DNA of 64,000 bases from Pecten maximus (GCF_902652985.1 NC_047019.1:38688001-38752000); one strand, 5' to 3'. Counted from the first letter of the stretch, positions 49,453-63,813 are shown. Numbers and translations are program-made. Notes: generated from the sequence alone by a model not told the origin.

Positions 49453-51803
49453 CTCCCCCCCCCCCCCCCCCCCCCCCCTTTTTTTTTTTACCATTATCGT
49501 TATTTACTACTTGTACTAGAACCCTCCTGTCCAATGTTTTCTCCTTGTTATATTGGAATTCGCGTATTACAGTGACGTCATTTTCTTTATACGATATTGA
49601 AACAATGATGATACAATAAATGATTCAGTGTTCCTTCTGTCAGGACCTCAATTAGCCGTACAATTGTCCCAGTGATACAGGAGGACACCGACACAGGAAA
49701 TCAGCAGCTTTGCACAGCATTAATTACACGTGATTGTAACTTGTTACTTTATCAACATAAGTCGTAAAATCCTCAATCAATATCGTATACATTTGAAGTC
49801 TTGGTTGAATCATTACCATTATATGTGGTGTGTTAAAGCTCTTCAACCGTTTGTTTACTCTGACCTTGATGGCATCGTTTTACATTTCTTTGTTTACCTG
49901 TACGATTACTTCCGTCTGTTTCGGTTAATCGGAAATATGTTGTCAACGTGAAGTTAAACAAATGTGTCCTCAGGCTTTGATAAAAAAAAAAAACGGAAAC
50001 AAGTTCCCACAACTAAAACAAGCAATCTTAGCCGATACATTATTTAAATTACTCTGATTGAAGATTCTGATTCTGTGTGTCTCTGAATTTTAATGACGTA
50101 AGAGTAGTGTTTTAAACACTGATGTGTTCTATGGTGGAATTGATTGTGTTTGTGAGATGTATACATTTACTTACGAGGTCGCAATATGTGAGAAATATAA
50201 GATGTTTTACAAGATGCATATGTGGGAATATTGTTTGGAGCTTACTCCAAATAAAGCTGGAATGTCGAGTTATGTATAGATCACTGGTCAAGTATTCAGT
50301 GGTCGAATATTTTGTATGAAAATAGTTTAATAGCCTCTCGCCAAATCTCAAATAAATTGCAGTATTTACTCATAATATCACAACATTTAAAAACAGTAAA
50401 ATACAGCTGCATAATCGTTTATTTCAAATAACACGCACAAACCTACTCAATAATCGCATTTCACAATACCAGAACTTAAAGTACGTGCGCAGCATGGAGT
50501 TGAAGAGTACTCCTCAGAAACAGTTTAACAGTGGTTTTACTGAAGATGACGAGAACTAAATCATTAATGCTGTAGTTGAGAAGCTGGATATAGGTTACGT
50601 AACACTCCGTACCCACGTGATACGTCAGCAGTCAGAAACACATCTTAATCCATTCTCACACAAATATCAAAGGTTTTTCCATTACACACTCCATATCTAA
50701 GAAATAATAGACACATCGTTGATTTGAAAAGAAAAAGAAATAGTTCTAAATTTCTGGCTGTTCGTCACAGCTTTGGGTCTGGGTCTCCTCTGTGATTTGT
50801 TTTGGTATAGTAATACAGCTGCTCCTCGTGTTTGATGAATTGGTATAGTCAAATATATCCTTTTATAACTAGATGCAGATGTTGTTTTGGTGTCTCCTGC
50901 TCCTGGTGTTTGATGAATTGGCTACAGCAAAACATCATTTCATAAACACCAAATGTGCATGTACAGATGTTATTTCGTTGTCTTTTCCTGTCTCTTGCTC
51001 CCGAAGATTAGCTGTTTATCAGATAGGTTTTTTTTTTAATTTTGCTGCTATAAAACAATAATTAGCACAAAATAGAGCAAATTCATCACTTCTTTTAAGA
51101 GATAGAGCAATCAGGATATACAATTTCTGTATATCCTGATCGCTCTATCTCGTTCTACGTTTTACAAACTGAAGGGTTAATCACCGTTACGTTACGGCAA
51201 TCAACTCACATGGTCTCTTAATTAATGAAGTTTAGACTCACGTACACATTAAAGTGTTTGGTAGAGAGAACGTTTACAATGGTTTACATCATCGTATGCA
51301 GAACGTGGTAATGTTATACAAATGTCTGTGGTCCATGTCTACAATGAAGAAACGAAGAATTATATATAAGAAAAATAACATCAAATTACGTTATCGAAAT
51401 TACACTTGCTTGTATCAGATTTTGCCGGTAACAATACATATTATATTTTTAAGATTTGCAATGTTGAATATCGTTAATATATATTGCTGTCGTTCTTCAT
51501 AATATAATTATCAATTATGTACCTCTGATAAGGTTAATAATGTGTTATTCAGAGCTGGTAGAATAAAGTATTGACGGAGGGCGAAGATCGAGGATGATAT
51601 TACAGGTTTCTTAGATTGTTTATTGATCTAAGACATTAGAAATATTTTTTTTATTTTATTTTCACATTTTACATGAAAGCTGCTTGCAAAAGGGTAGAAT
51701 TGCATTTTATATATCTTATCAGAAAAATTACATTGGCACATAGTGTATGAATCATGATGCAATCTGATTAAAATTAGACTGGTAATTTCCATTTCTCTAC
51801 GAT

Positions 51804-52496
51804 ACACTGCAATATAAGATCTAACAATTCCCCGTTGGAGGTCATCTCAGCATGACCTTTGAGCTTCAAATATAAACCAATGAAAACTGTTCAATAACGT
51901 CATCAATTAACCAATGACAAATAGTCTTAACGAGCCTTCGGCTGCATGTGTCTCCTTAGTATTTACGACTCAATTCAGCGCTTGATTCGAAATACGTAAA
52001 ATTTCACAAACATTACTGGTAGACTATCTTGATGGCCATGGTAATAAAAAAAATGTTAATCCTCTTAACGTTGCATTTCAAAAAGAACAGAAAGCGATTA
52101 TACGATATCTCGTCGACAGGACGGTTTGTGTTGCCAACTGGATTTCTAAAATCGTTACCGTACACGTTATTCCCTTTCAAACACTTTTTTTCATGTCGCT
52201 GTTGCCTTCAGTGTCTGTCTCTTGTACGATTAAGGAAAAACACACAGACAGCACACGTTTGTAAAACTAAATACGTTGAGGTGTTCTCGGTGAGCCGGAG
52301 TGGGCGAAGCCATATTGTTTGCCGTTGCTATCGACCATCGGGATACCTCGGGAACGTTAACGCTACGTAAGTATTTATACTTTCGAAGAATAAAATCACA
52401 CCGAATATGTCATAGGCGACGCGTTGATTGGTTGAGTTCAAAGGTCATGCTGAGATGACCTCCTACAGGGTATTGTTAGATCTTTTATTGCAGTGT
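51804..52496. mobile_element. MITE / non-autonomous DNA transposon with ~60-bp terminal inverted repeats
   Basis: Left ACACTGCAATATAAGATCTAACAAT…GGAGGTCATCTCAGCATGACCTTTGA is the reverse complement of right TCAAAGGTCATGCTGAGATGACCTCC…ATTGTTAGATCTTTTATTGCAGTGT. TSD unclear. Confidence 0.8.
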
Positions 52497-52559
52497 CTGT
52501 GAGGTTTTCAGAACAGGAGACGTTTAATATTAACAATTACTGTAATGTTTAGAGTGAAA

Positions 52560-52910
52560 AAAATCCATACAGCGGAATAGTAAACAGAACAGCTCATTCA
52601 ACGGAAAACTTAACAGAACAGCCCATACATCGGAAAAGTAAACAGTACAACCTATTCAATGGGATAATAAATATAACAGCCTATAATACACCGGAATAGT
52701 AAAGAGAACAGCCCATGCATCGGGATAGTGAACAGAATAGCTAATACAACAGAAAGTTCACAAAACAGCTCATACAGCGGAATAGTAAACAGAACAGCTC
52801 ATACATCGGGAAAGTAGACAGAACAGCCCATACATCGGAATACTAAACAGAACAGCTCACACATCGGAATAGAGAACAGAACAGCCCATACATCGGGATA
52901 ATAAACAGGA
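52560..52910. repeat. Degenerate 29-bp minisatellite, about 12 copies
   Basis: Consensus catacatcggaatagtaaacagaacagc(c/t). Confidence 0.85.
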
Positions 52911-53794
52911 CACGATTCTGGAAAATGGTCAAAGTAATAAAATAGGGGATTGTTGGTTAATTAGGGAAAACAGAGACTGTAATCTTGTGAAGCCGATTGA
53001 TTTCATGCTTGTTCCATAACAAATCATGGTGGCTTACCTTAATCGTGTTTAAAACGCAGTGAATCACAAACACATGGGGAAGCTAAAAGTGGAAATTATC
53101 CTAGTGTCATGAACTTTAAACCACTTTTTTTTTAATATGTGCGATGCACAGTTAATATCGTCTATGCAAACTATACCCACAAGAATTACGATCCAACTAA
53201 TATCATAGTCTGGAAGATATCGTTATTTTTCTTATATTAAAATTTGGGTTATAAAGTGAAATATTGCATGGAGCAAATAATTGTATCAGTAGTTGAGAAA
53301 TCAATATACCATGATATATAACTTCCGGTATACGTCAGTAACACTGAGGACGGTCATTTGTCTATTTCTCATCAATTTTTAACTCGAAATTAGATTTGAA
53401 CGATTCAAACTATTAATAACTAACATATATACGATTCCTTTCTAAATGATTGCTTTGTTGATTTTTTAGGTTATCTTTTATATGTTCTGCCTTTCTTGAC
53501 AAATTATATGTCTACATAGCGTTCTCATTTTAAGTCAGGATCTATCATAGATACTGGTATTAACAGATTTTAACAGATTATCACCCATCTGCACTTATTA
53601 GAATATGAATACAATGACATTTTGGCTGGGCTAGCATCCAATCAATCTCTATCAGAGTTATCGTTCCTTACACTCATTATGAATGTAGCAGACCCAAGGA
53701 ACCCTGGGAGAGATTTACATCCAATACAGCCATAACGGATTAACTGATATTTATACCCATAAAACCTAGCATCTAATTAAAGTAACAAATGTTA

Positions 53795-54425
53795 TATATA
53801 GAGGATATTGAATGGTTGCCCGTTTAATATAACCTATATTTCACGAGTATGACAGAATATCGATATTTTTACGAGTGCGAAGCACGAGTGAAAAATATCG
53901 AAATATTCTGTCATACGAGTGAAATATATGTTATATTTAACGGGAAACCATTCAATTTTCCTTTTATTGCATTTAATAAACTTCTGAACAAAATTAAAAA
54001 CATCGAACAATTAATAGTGTCAAAAAGTGCGGGAATCAGTAATGACGTCCTCTCTTTGTGACGTTACTCCACGTCAACTTGACGGCGTCATTTTGAAAGG
54101 ACTGATCAGCGCAATTTAAGCATTTTCTACTGTTATCGGAGAATATGTGCATGAATAGCTAACGTCAAGTGAGTATTTAGTCAAAAACTAGTCAGACTGT
54201 TTCAGAAATACAGCAAAATAACCAATTTATCTATCTCCGCTTCGATTGGAAAAATCGGCAAGTTTCAACGAGGTGAATACAAAGGTCCGCTCTGATTGGT
54301 CAAAAACGGAAAACTTATATTTTCACTGCAAAATCTTTTATTTTCACTGCTCATCGCTGCAGTGAAAAGATAAGTTTTATTAGTTTGATCAATCTCTATA
54401 TTTCACTGGCAAAAATGCAATAAAA
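53795..54425 (+). mobile_element. Asymmetric hairpin element (terminal ~160-bp palindrome plus short subterminal IR), Crypton-like non-autonomous element
   Basis: Palindrome 53800-53962 centred on GTGCGAAGCAC. TTTTATTGCATTT right after it is complementary to AAATGCAATAAAA at the far end (54413-54425). Class assignment is inference. Confidence 0.65.
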
Positions 54426-55164
54426 GTGAGTTATATAGTAAAAAGATATTATTAGTAACATAAAGTAAATTAAAATACAGTCGACATACTGTACATTTAT
54501 CTCACATTGACGCGTTAATGACTGAAGTCTCTTACATTTATTTACTTATGACAAGGCAAGACAAATTTTGACAATAACGGCATGTTTGCAGCATTACGTT
54601 TCAACATTGTAGATTATGTAAGAAATGTGGTTCCAGTTAATGATTGAAGCTTGAATTATATTTTGTCGCTATCATGGGATGATGAAATGAGTTGATCTTC
54701 AGAAAAAATCAACATGACCTACTTTTTTGGCTAAAAACGGTCGCAAGTCTAAGGGAGTTCACTTAAAAAAAAAAAGAAACAAAAAGTGTTTGGTCTGTTC
54801 TATATATATCGCATAGGTTATAGTCATTGACAAAATGAAGTAATACATAGTTTGGCTTCAGAAATTTCTACAACCCGGATAAAATCGCCATGCAAAAAGG
54901 AGGCAAATCTTTAAACCAGCAGGGATAGTTTACAACTAATCTTTTTTTCCATTTCCAGATAGTACCATCCCTATGTTCACACGTACGGAGGCTACATGTC
55001 CCAGTTAATTCAATATTCAAGGAATCCTTCCTATCATCAAGATTCCCATTATAGATGACAACAACCGGAAAAATTAACAATACAAAGGTTTTCAAAGATA
55101 TTATATTGTCGACTTAACCCGGATTTTACTGATATTGGTATGAAGGGTGTCGTTGATGAATCAG

Positions 55165-55603
55165 AAAACGCTCACTCTCCCGGAACACATGGGTTTAATC
55201 TCCTGGTATTCTACAACGCTCACTCTCCCTGAACACACGGGTTTAATCTCCTTGTATTCTACAACGCTCACTCTCACGGAACACATGGGTTTAATCTCCT
55301 GGTATTCTTCAACGCTCACTCTCCCGGAACACATGGGTTTAATTTCCTTGTATTCTACAACGCTCACTCTCCCTGAACACACGGGTTTAATTTCCTTGTA
55401 TTCTACAACGCTCACTCTCCCGGAACACATGGGTTTAATTTCCTTGTATCCTACAACGCTCACTCTCCCGGAACACATGGGTTTGATTTTCTTGTATTCT
55501 ACAACGCTCACTCTCCCAGAACACATGGGTTTAATCTCCTTGTATTCTACAGCGCTCGCTCTCCCGGAACACACGGGTTTAATCTCCTTGTATTCTACAA
55601 CGA
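55165..55603. repeat. 48-bp minisatellite, about 9 copies
   Basis: Unit acaacgctcactctcccggaacacatgggtttaatctccttgtattct. Confidence 0.95.
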
Positions 55604-55689
55604 TCCAATTATAAAATGTTGCCCTAGTTTTATCGATTTTAAATTAGGATCAAGATTTCGTTATTATCGCATTATTCTTTTTTGTTTTT

Positions 55690-58110
55690 AACATCCGTGA
55701 AGCTATTCCTTATTAATATCCATGAAGCTATTCCACATTAACATCCATGAGGTATTCCATTTTAACATCCATGAAGCTATTCCACATTGACATCCATGAG
55801 GTATTCCACATTAACATCCATGAAGTTATTCCACATTAACATCCATGAGGTATTCCACATTAACATCCATGAAGCTATTCTACATTAACATCCATGAGGT
55901 ATTCCACATTAACATCCATGAAGCTATTCCACATTAACATCCATGAGGTATTCCACATTAACATCCATGAGGTATTCCATATTAACATCCATGAAGCTAT
56001 TCCACATTAATATCCATGAGGTATTCCACATTAACATCCATGAGGTATTCCACATTAACATCCATGAGGTATTCCACATTAACATCCATGAGCTATTCCA
56101 CATTAACATCCATGAGGTATTCCACATTAACATCCATGAGGTATTCCACATTAACATCCATGAAGCTATTCCACATTAACATCCATGAAGCTATTCCACA
56201 TTAACATCCTTGAGGTATTCCACATTAACATCCATGAGGTATTCCACATTAACATCCATGAGGTATTCCATATTAACATCCATGAGGTATTCCACATTAA
56301 CATCCATGAAGCTATCCCACATTAACATCCATGACTTATTCCACATTAACATCCATGAGGTATTCCACATTAACATCCATGAGGTATTCCATATTAACAT
56401 CCATGAGGTATTCCATATTAACATCCATGAGGTATTCCACATTAACATCCATGAGGTATTCCACATTAACATCCATGAAGCTATTCCACATTAACATCCA
56501 TGAGGTATTCCACATATGAGGGTATTCACATTACCATGAATATCCACATTAACATCAATGAGGTATTCCACATTAACATCCATGAGGTATTCCACATTAA
56601 CATCCATGAGGTATCCACATTAACATCCATGAAGCTATTCCACATTAACATCCATGAGGTATTCCACATTAACATCCATGAGGTATTCCACATTAACATC
56701 CATGAGGTATTCCACATTAACATCCATGAAGGTATTCCACATTAACATCCATGAAGCTATTCCACATTAACATCCATGAAGCTATTCCATATTAACATCC
56801 ATGAGATGAGATATTCCACATTAACATCCATGAAGCTATTCCACATTAACACCCATGAGGTATTCCACATTAACATCCATGAGGTATTCCACATTAACAT
56901 CCATGAAGCTATTCCACATTAACATCCATGAGGTATTCCACATTAACATCCATGAGGTATTCCACATTAACATTCATGAAGATATTCCACATTAACATCC
57001 ATGAAGCTATTCCACATTAACATCCATGAAGCTATTCCACATTAACATCCATGAGGTATTCCACATTAACATCCATGAAGCTATTCCACATTAACATCCT
57101 TGAGGTATTCCACATTAACATCCATGAAGTATTCCACATTAACATCCATGAAGCTATTCCACATTAACATCCTTGAGGTATTCCACATTAACATCCATGA
57201 AGCTATTCTACATTAATATCCATGAGGTATTCTACATTAATATCCATGAGGTATTCCACATTAACATCCATGAGGTATTCCACATTAACATCCATGAGGT
57301 ATTCCACATTAACATTCATGAAGATATTCCATATTAACATCCATGAGGTATTCCACATTAACATCCATGAGGTATTCCACATTAACATCCATGAAGTTAT
57401 TCTACATTAACATCCTTGAGCTATTCCACATTAACATCCATGAAGCTATTCCACATTAACATCCATGAAGCTATTCTACATTAATATCCATGAGGTATTC
57501 CACATTAACATCCATGAGGTATTCCACATTAACATCCATGAGGTATTCCACATTAACATCCATGAAGCTATTCCTCATTAACATCCATGAGGTATTCCAC
57601 ATTAACATCCATGAGGTATTCCACATTAACATCCATGAAGCTATTCCACATTAACATCCATGAGGTATTCCACATTAACATCCATGAGGTATTCCACATT
57701 AACATCCATGAAGCTATTCCACATTAACATCCATGAGGTATTCCACATTAACATCCATGAAGCTATTCCACATTAACATCCATGAAGCTATTCCACATTA
57801 ACATCCATGAGGTATTCCACATTAACATCCATGAAGCTATTCTGTATTAACATCCATGAAGCTATTCCACATTAACATCCATGAAGTATTCCACATTAAC
57901 ATCCATGAGGTATTCCACATTAACATCCATGAAGCTATTCCACATTAACATCCATGAAGCTATTCCATATTAACATCCATGAGATGAGATATTCCACATT
58001 AACATCCATGAAGCTATTCCACATTAACACCCATGAGGTATTCCACATTAACATCCATGAGGTATTCCACATTAACATCCATGAAGCTATTCCACATTAA
58101 CATCCATGAA
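55690..58110. repeat. 24/25-bp mixed minisatellite, about 100 copies
   Basis: Units ttccacattaacatccatgaggta and ttccacattaacatccatgaagcta. Confidence 0.97.
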
Positions 58111-58334
58111 AACACACATAAGGAAATCGGGTTGTCAAAGTCATCATTATTTATGTAAAGGAATGACATCACCAGAGTCTTAGAATCCACAAATACTATA
58201 AGGAATACTGAAGAGACTGGACAAAAAGTATACTGGATTCACTTAAACTGTAATCAACACAGCCACTATGGAGATATACAAAGATGGGTATTTGTATTTT
58301 GTTACTAGAGTCAACAGGATGGTAAAATGTCATT

Positions 58335-58530
58335 TAAGGAATAATTTATTTTATTTTTTTTATTATTATTATTATTTTTGTTTTGCAACATTCATGAGGT
58401 CATAACAACATTGTCTTCTGGATATAGTCCATGAATCACGTTCGCGTTAGCGATTCACATGATAAATATGTCCAGAAAGCCAATGTTGTTATGACCTCAT
58501 AAATGTATAGAAAAAAATCCTTCCTTATAG
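58335..58530. mobile_element. Long imperfect palindrome, probably the terminus of another hairpin element
   Basis: ACATTCATGAGGTCATAACAACATTG…CGCGTTAGCG…CAATGTTGTTATGACCTCATAAATGT. The distal end was not identified. Confidence 0.5.
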
Positions 58531-60234
58531 TTACATTATGATTATTGTTTATTTTATCTGTAAAAGGCTAAAAAATATAATTATTTTTTTATTATTATTT
58601 CCTGACTCTCTTTGTAGGAACGTACGCACGCGCCCACACACCAAACTGATTACGATGAAGCTTCTGATGTGTAAACGGTATCTCTAGCAACGCTCTCCTA
58701 GATTCAAAGTCAGAAAGGTTCGAAGAAATCTCTAATCAGGGTTTGTTGTATCTAATTAAAAACAGAGATTCGATACCATATAAATTGTCATATAAGGTTC
58801 TTTATGAATTCTGGGACGTCAACTTTGGAGTTCGAAATTGCACCTGAGCCGAAATTAACAGTTTACTTTAAACACTTTCCTCAGCCTGATAAAATAGCCT
58901 ATATGTGAAATCCTGTGGATTATTCAGGTAAAATAACAGTTATGTCATGCCTTATCAGTCAACAGTCAAAAACGTTTTACCTGAGGGTAACATTGGAGAG
59001 AGAACAGCTGTTTTCGCGGGAAAGTGTCGGACACGGTCTTATCGACCGTCATAATAACAAACAATATATAGTTCAATCTTCGACACTTATTCTGTGAGAT
59101 TTTTGGAGTGATTTTACCACCCTTGGTAACGCGGTCCCAACATTACTACACACTGTGATGAGGCTAATGTTGTTATGGAAAATGAATACAATTTTCGCCA
59201 ATGCTTTCAAGCAAACTGAATGTAAATATACCATGTTGAGTTAGGAGCTCTCTCTTCAGTATTTTTAATTCGTTCATAACAGTTTCTGTCACGAAATCTT
59301 CATTAGTTTTGAAGCTAGGTTCACAAGAACCGAGTTAAATGCTGTTTGATAAAAACTTTATAGGATCATCTTTGTTTCTTCATCATTCTCTCTCGTTTTA
59401 GTAGGTCATCGATCATGGGCACCATGTCAATATCAATTAAACATTGCTAAATGAAATGATGGCGTCACGAAATTCTTGTCACTTAAAGTGAAATTTGAAG
59501 TCAAAACCAATTTTAGCTGTTCACAATTTATAGCTGCAATCTGTGCAGTTTCTTAAAACCATCATTCAATCAAATGAGACTTGCGTGTAACACACTGGAG
59601 GACGTCCGTTCGGAACATCCTTCTATATCGGCGATGTCAGACTGTCCCGAAGAAAAATGAGGGACGATTTATTGAATTCTACCTATTAGTGAATGTTGTG
59701 TACTTTAAAATACATTAGGTTGTATGTTAGGCACAATCATGCTTAATGATTCGAATATCAAACACTTGACTCTGAAATGATTTATTAAATTAGCAGCAAA
59801 ACGGTTTTGGTAGGAAGATGTGATTTCTCTACACAGTGCGAAATCTAAAAAAAAAACAAGTAAAATATCATACCGATAAACAAATAAAAAAAAATGAGTG
59901 AGAGAGTTTATTTTGAGTAAAAACACACCAATCAACAATGTGATGAGCTGTATATCTCAACTTAAACAAACGAATCAACGTTGCGATATATTTTGTTTTG
60001 GACTTAATTTCAAAATAATAACCATCATTTTGACGTTTTCTCGTCATCTGTGATTTCGTAAGAAGCAAACATGTAGTTGACGTTCGGTTCGTCTATGAAT
60101 ATTTTACTGTTGAAAACACCTACACTTCAATGATGACTGGAACTGGTTACTCGAAACAAGTTCATTCAAATGTCTAATACAGATACTTCACTCAATGCAA
60201 GCAGCATATTACTTTATCTAGATATGTTACACGA

Positions 60235-61660
60235 TCATACTCTATAGTCCCACTCAGCATAAATATCAACAATAACTCATACCTCTAGTCTCACTCAACC
60301 TAAATATCAACAATAACTCACACCTATAGTCCCACTCGGCCTAAATATCAACAATAACTCATACGTCTAGTCCCACTCAACCTAAATATCAACAATAACT
60401 CATACCTCTAATCTCACTCAACCTAAATATCAACAATAACTCATACCTCTAGTCCCACTCAACCTAAATATCAACAATAACTCATACCTCTAGTCTCACT
60501 CAACCTAAATATCAACTAATAACTCATACCTCTAATATCACTCAACCTAAATACCAACAATAACTCATACCTCTAGTCTCACTCAACCTAAATATCAACT
60601 AATAACTCATACCTCTAATCTCACTCAACCTAAATATCAACAATAACTCATACCTCTAGTCTCACTCAACCTAAATATCAACAATAACTCATATCTCTAG
60701 TCTCACTCAACCTAAATATCAACAATAACTCACACCTCTAGTCTCACTCAACCTAAATATCAACAATAACTCATACCTCTAATCTCACTCAACCAAAATA
60801 TCAACAATAACTCATACCTCTAATCTCACTCAACCTAAATATCAACAATAACTCATACCTCTAGTCTCACTCAGCCTTAATATCAACAATACCTCTAATC
60901 TCACTCAACCTAAATATCAACAATAACTCATACCTCTAATCTCACTCAACCTTGATATCAACAATAACTCATATCTCTAGTCTCACTCAACCTAAATATC
61001 AACAATAACTCATATCTCTAGTCTCACTCAACCTAAATATCAACAATAACTCATATCTCTAGTCACACTCAACCTAAATATCAACAATAACTCATACCTC
61101 TAGTCTCCCTCAAACTAAATATCAACAATAACTCATACCTCTAGTCTCACTCAACCTAAATATCAACTATAACTCATACCTCTAATCTCACTCAACCTAA
61201 ATATCAACAATAACTCACACCTCTAGTCTCACTTAACCTAAATATCAACAATAACTCATACCTCTAGTCCCACTCAACCTAAATATCAACAATAACTCAT
61301 ACCTCTAGTCTCACTCAACCTAAATATCAACAATAACTCATACCTCTAGTCCCACTCAACCTAAATATCAACAATAACTCATATCTCTAGTCTCACTCGG
61401 CCTAAATATCAACAATAACTCACACCTCTAGTCTCACCAAACCTAAATATCAACAATAACTCACACCTCTAGTCTCACTTAACCTAAATATCAACAATAA
61501 CTCATACCTCTAGTCTCACTCAACCTAAATATCAACAATAACTCATACCTCTAATCTCACTCAACCTAAATATCAACAATAACTCACACCTCTAGTCTCA
61601 CTCAGCCTAAATATCAACAATAACTCATACCTCTAGTCTCACTCAACCTAAATATCGACA
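60235..61660. repeat. 41-bp minisatellite, about 35 copies
   Basis: Unit aataactcatacctctagtctcactcaacctaaatatcaac. Confidence 0.96.
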
Positions 61661-62954
61661 ACAATGTACTCCTCTTGTCTAACTCAACCATACACGGCAT
61701 CATTATTTTTCTTGATTTTTCGTGCTCACTGATTGGTTAGAACTGTGTCACGTGGACGTCACGGGGAATCCCCGTCGTATATCACTTTGAAGCTTGAATG
61801 ATGTATCAAGTCCATCAGAGTCAGGCGCCCCGAAGACCTAGTAACGAAACGACACTCTTTGGCAAAATGGACGAAGCAGACGTAAGGCTAACAGACGGCA
61901 GGAAACATCACGATCCCCCTCGCACTGTGGCGAGGAAATCAAATCCAAATTGGATAACTCGGATTCAGCCAATATAAAATGGCCACGATGACAGCGGTGA
62001 AATTATTAAAGGAGTACACTGACGTCGAAAAATCGTCCAAACGAATTGGTGACACACCATGTGTGAACAGTTCAATAATTCAATGTTTACAATTCAGAGT
62101 CAAGAAAATAAATTTTGTTTTTATTTGAATATTTCCATTTTTAAAATTTTTAATCAAGAAAATTAAAAAAGATTAAATAAACAAAAAGAAATTGAGAAAA
62201 ATAATAAAGCAATTGGAGGATTTTGTTTCGGTCGATTGACCTTATCAAAACGCTATAATTGTATAATATTTTCTATATATGTATACTTTATGGTTTGCAT
62301 ATTTTGCATGAAAAACCTGCAATGTCATTTCAGTCATTTACGCATCGCGAAGATATTTAACGAACTGTATCACACCACGTATGATAAATGGAGATTTTGT
62401 AACGATATTGCTGCAGAACTATGCAATATTGAATGTTGCCAAACCATACCCAAACAATCCGTTCTGTTTCCTTTAATTAAATTTGTCAGAAAGTGAAGTT
62501 TCCATTTTAATTAAAATCCAATTTCTCATTCAACTTGTTTTTTGTAGGTTTTTTTCCTTGTAACATGTATTACAGAAGAGAAATGAGAGATGTGAGTTTA
62601 ATTCAATTGTGAAATTTATATACTAGCACTAGAACCGACTGGTTCAATGCGGAATCGAGAAAATATCATTATCTGATAAAACACAATCTCGATACGTGAT
62701 ATTCGCTATTTACAGCAATTTTTACATGATTTATATAATAAAGTGCTATATAAAACCTGTGTTGCCTTTTGAATCAGGTACCTGCTGAATAGCATGAATA
62801 TTCAGTGGTAAATTGTTCCCTGGTATCGGGCTATTTAGATAATTTCTTGGTTTCGTGGAGACCCGATATTAACAGAGCCATAAAAGCTAAGCAAGTTAGG
62901 GGCTTTTATTTCCTTGGTCCCTTATCAATAACAAAAATACAAAGGTTTATACTC

Positions 62955-63180
62955 AACAGTACACGTTATACCGTACAGACACCGTCACTTACATGTAAAT
63001 ATACTCAACGAACAGTACACGTTATACCGTACAGACACCGTCACTTACATGTAAATATACTCAACGAACAGTACACGTTATACCGTACAGACACCGTCAC
63101 TTACATGTAAATATACTCAACGAACAGTACACGTTATACCGTACAGACACCGTCACTTACATGTAAATATACTCAACGGA
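62955..63180. repeat. 56-bp tandem repeat, 4 copies
   Basis: Unit aacagtacacgttataccgtacagacaccgtcacttacatgtaaatatactcaacg. Confidence 0.95.
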
Positions 63181-63185
63181 TAGTA

Positions 63186-63813
63186 TACAGTTATTGTATG
63201 GGTGTGAGGGAAATAGCACTTTTATTGTCCCCCGAGACATTAACTATTTCCTTAGGCGAAGCCGAGGGAAATAGTTTGTGTCAAGGGGGACAATAAAAGT
63301 GCTATTTCCAGAAATACCCATACAATAACTGTTTTATTATACCCATATTTGAATTATTTCATTTTGTTCAAGACTAGTTATAAAAGCAAAGTCTATTTCA
63401 ATGATCAAATTTTAATGTAAATTCAAAATCAACAAAAAAGCAAAGAAAAAAAAGGCATGTTGTGTTAGCGTTGTCGTTGTCTTTCAGAAACAGTCCTCTA
63501 AAACTCTTCTTCATCCAGATTATATAATCTTGTAGATGGTGTTCCTGTAGCATTCACTCGAACTATTTTAGTAATCGCTTACGTTTTTGGAATGTATCCT
63601 TATACAAGAGATGATCCGAAGAGATATGACAAATGCATTGTCCAATCAGAATGAACAAAGCAAAAAAATCCGCGAAAATATGAATGCGCTCATTCCGGGT
63701 AAATAGCACTTTCGACTATTAACCTGGTAAATAGCATTTTCGGAGGATGTGTTTCAAATAGCATTTCTATTGTCTACCTTTTATAAAGTGTAAAATAAGG
63801 AAAGGTATAATAA
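63186..63813 (+). mobile_element. Asymmetric hairpin element, same architecture, different sequence
   Basis: Palindrome about 63187-63333 centred on GGCGAAGCC. TTATTATACC (63334-63343) is complementary to GGTATAATAA (63804-63813). Inserted into a 56-bp repeat unit, which resumes as cacgttatac afterwards. Confidence 0.7.

Noticed and set aside
55147-57410. Repetitive ORFs (TLTLPEH…, MLMWNTSW…, HINIHEVF…)
   Set aside because: Translations of the 48-bp and 24/25-bp minisatellites.
61790-61945. Pearl/HINE-like element (gacg motifs plus terminal hairpin)
   Set aside because: Too degenerate to define boundaries.
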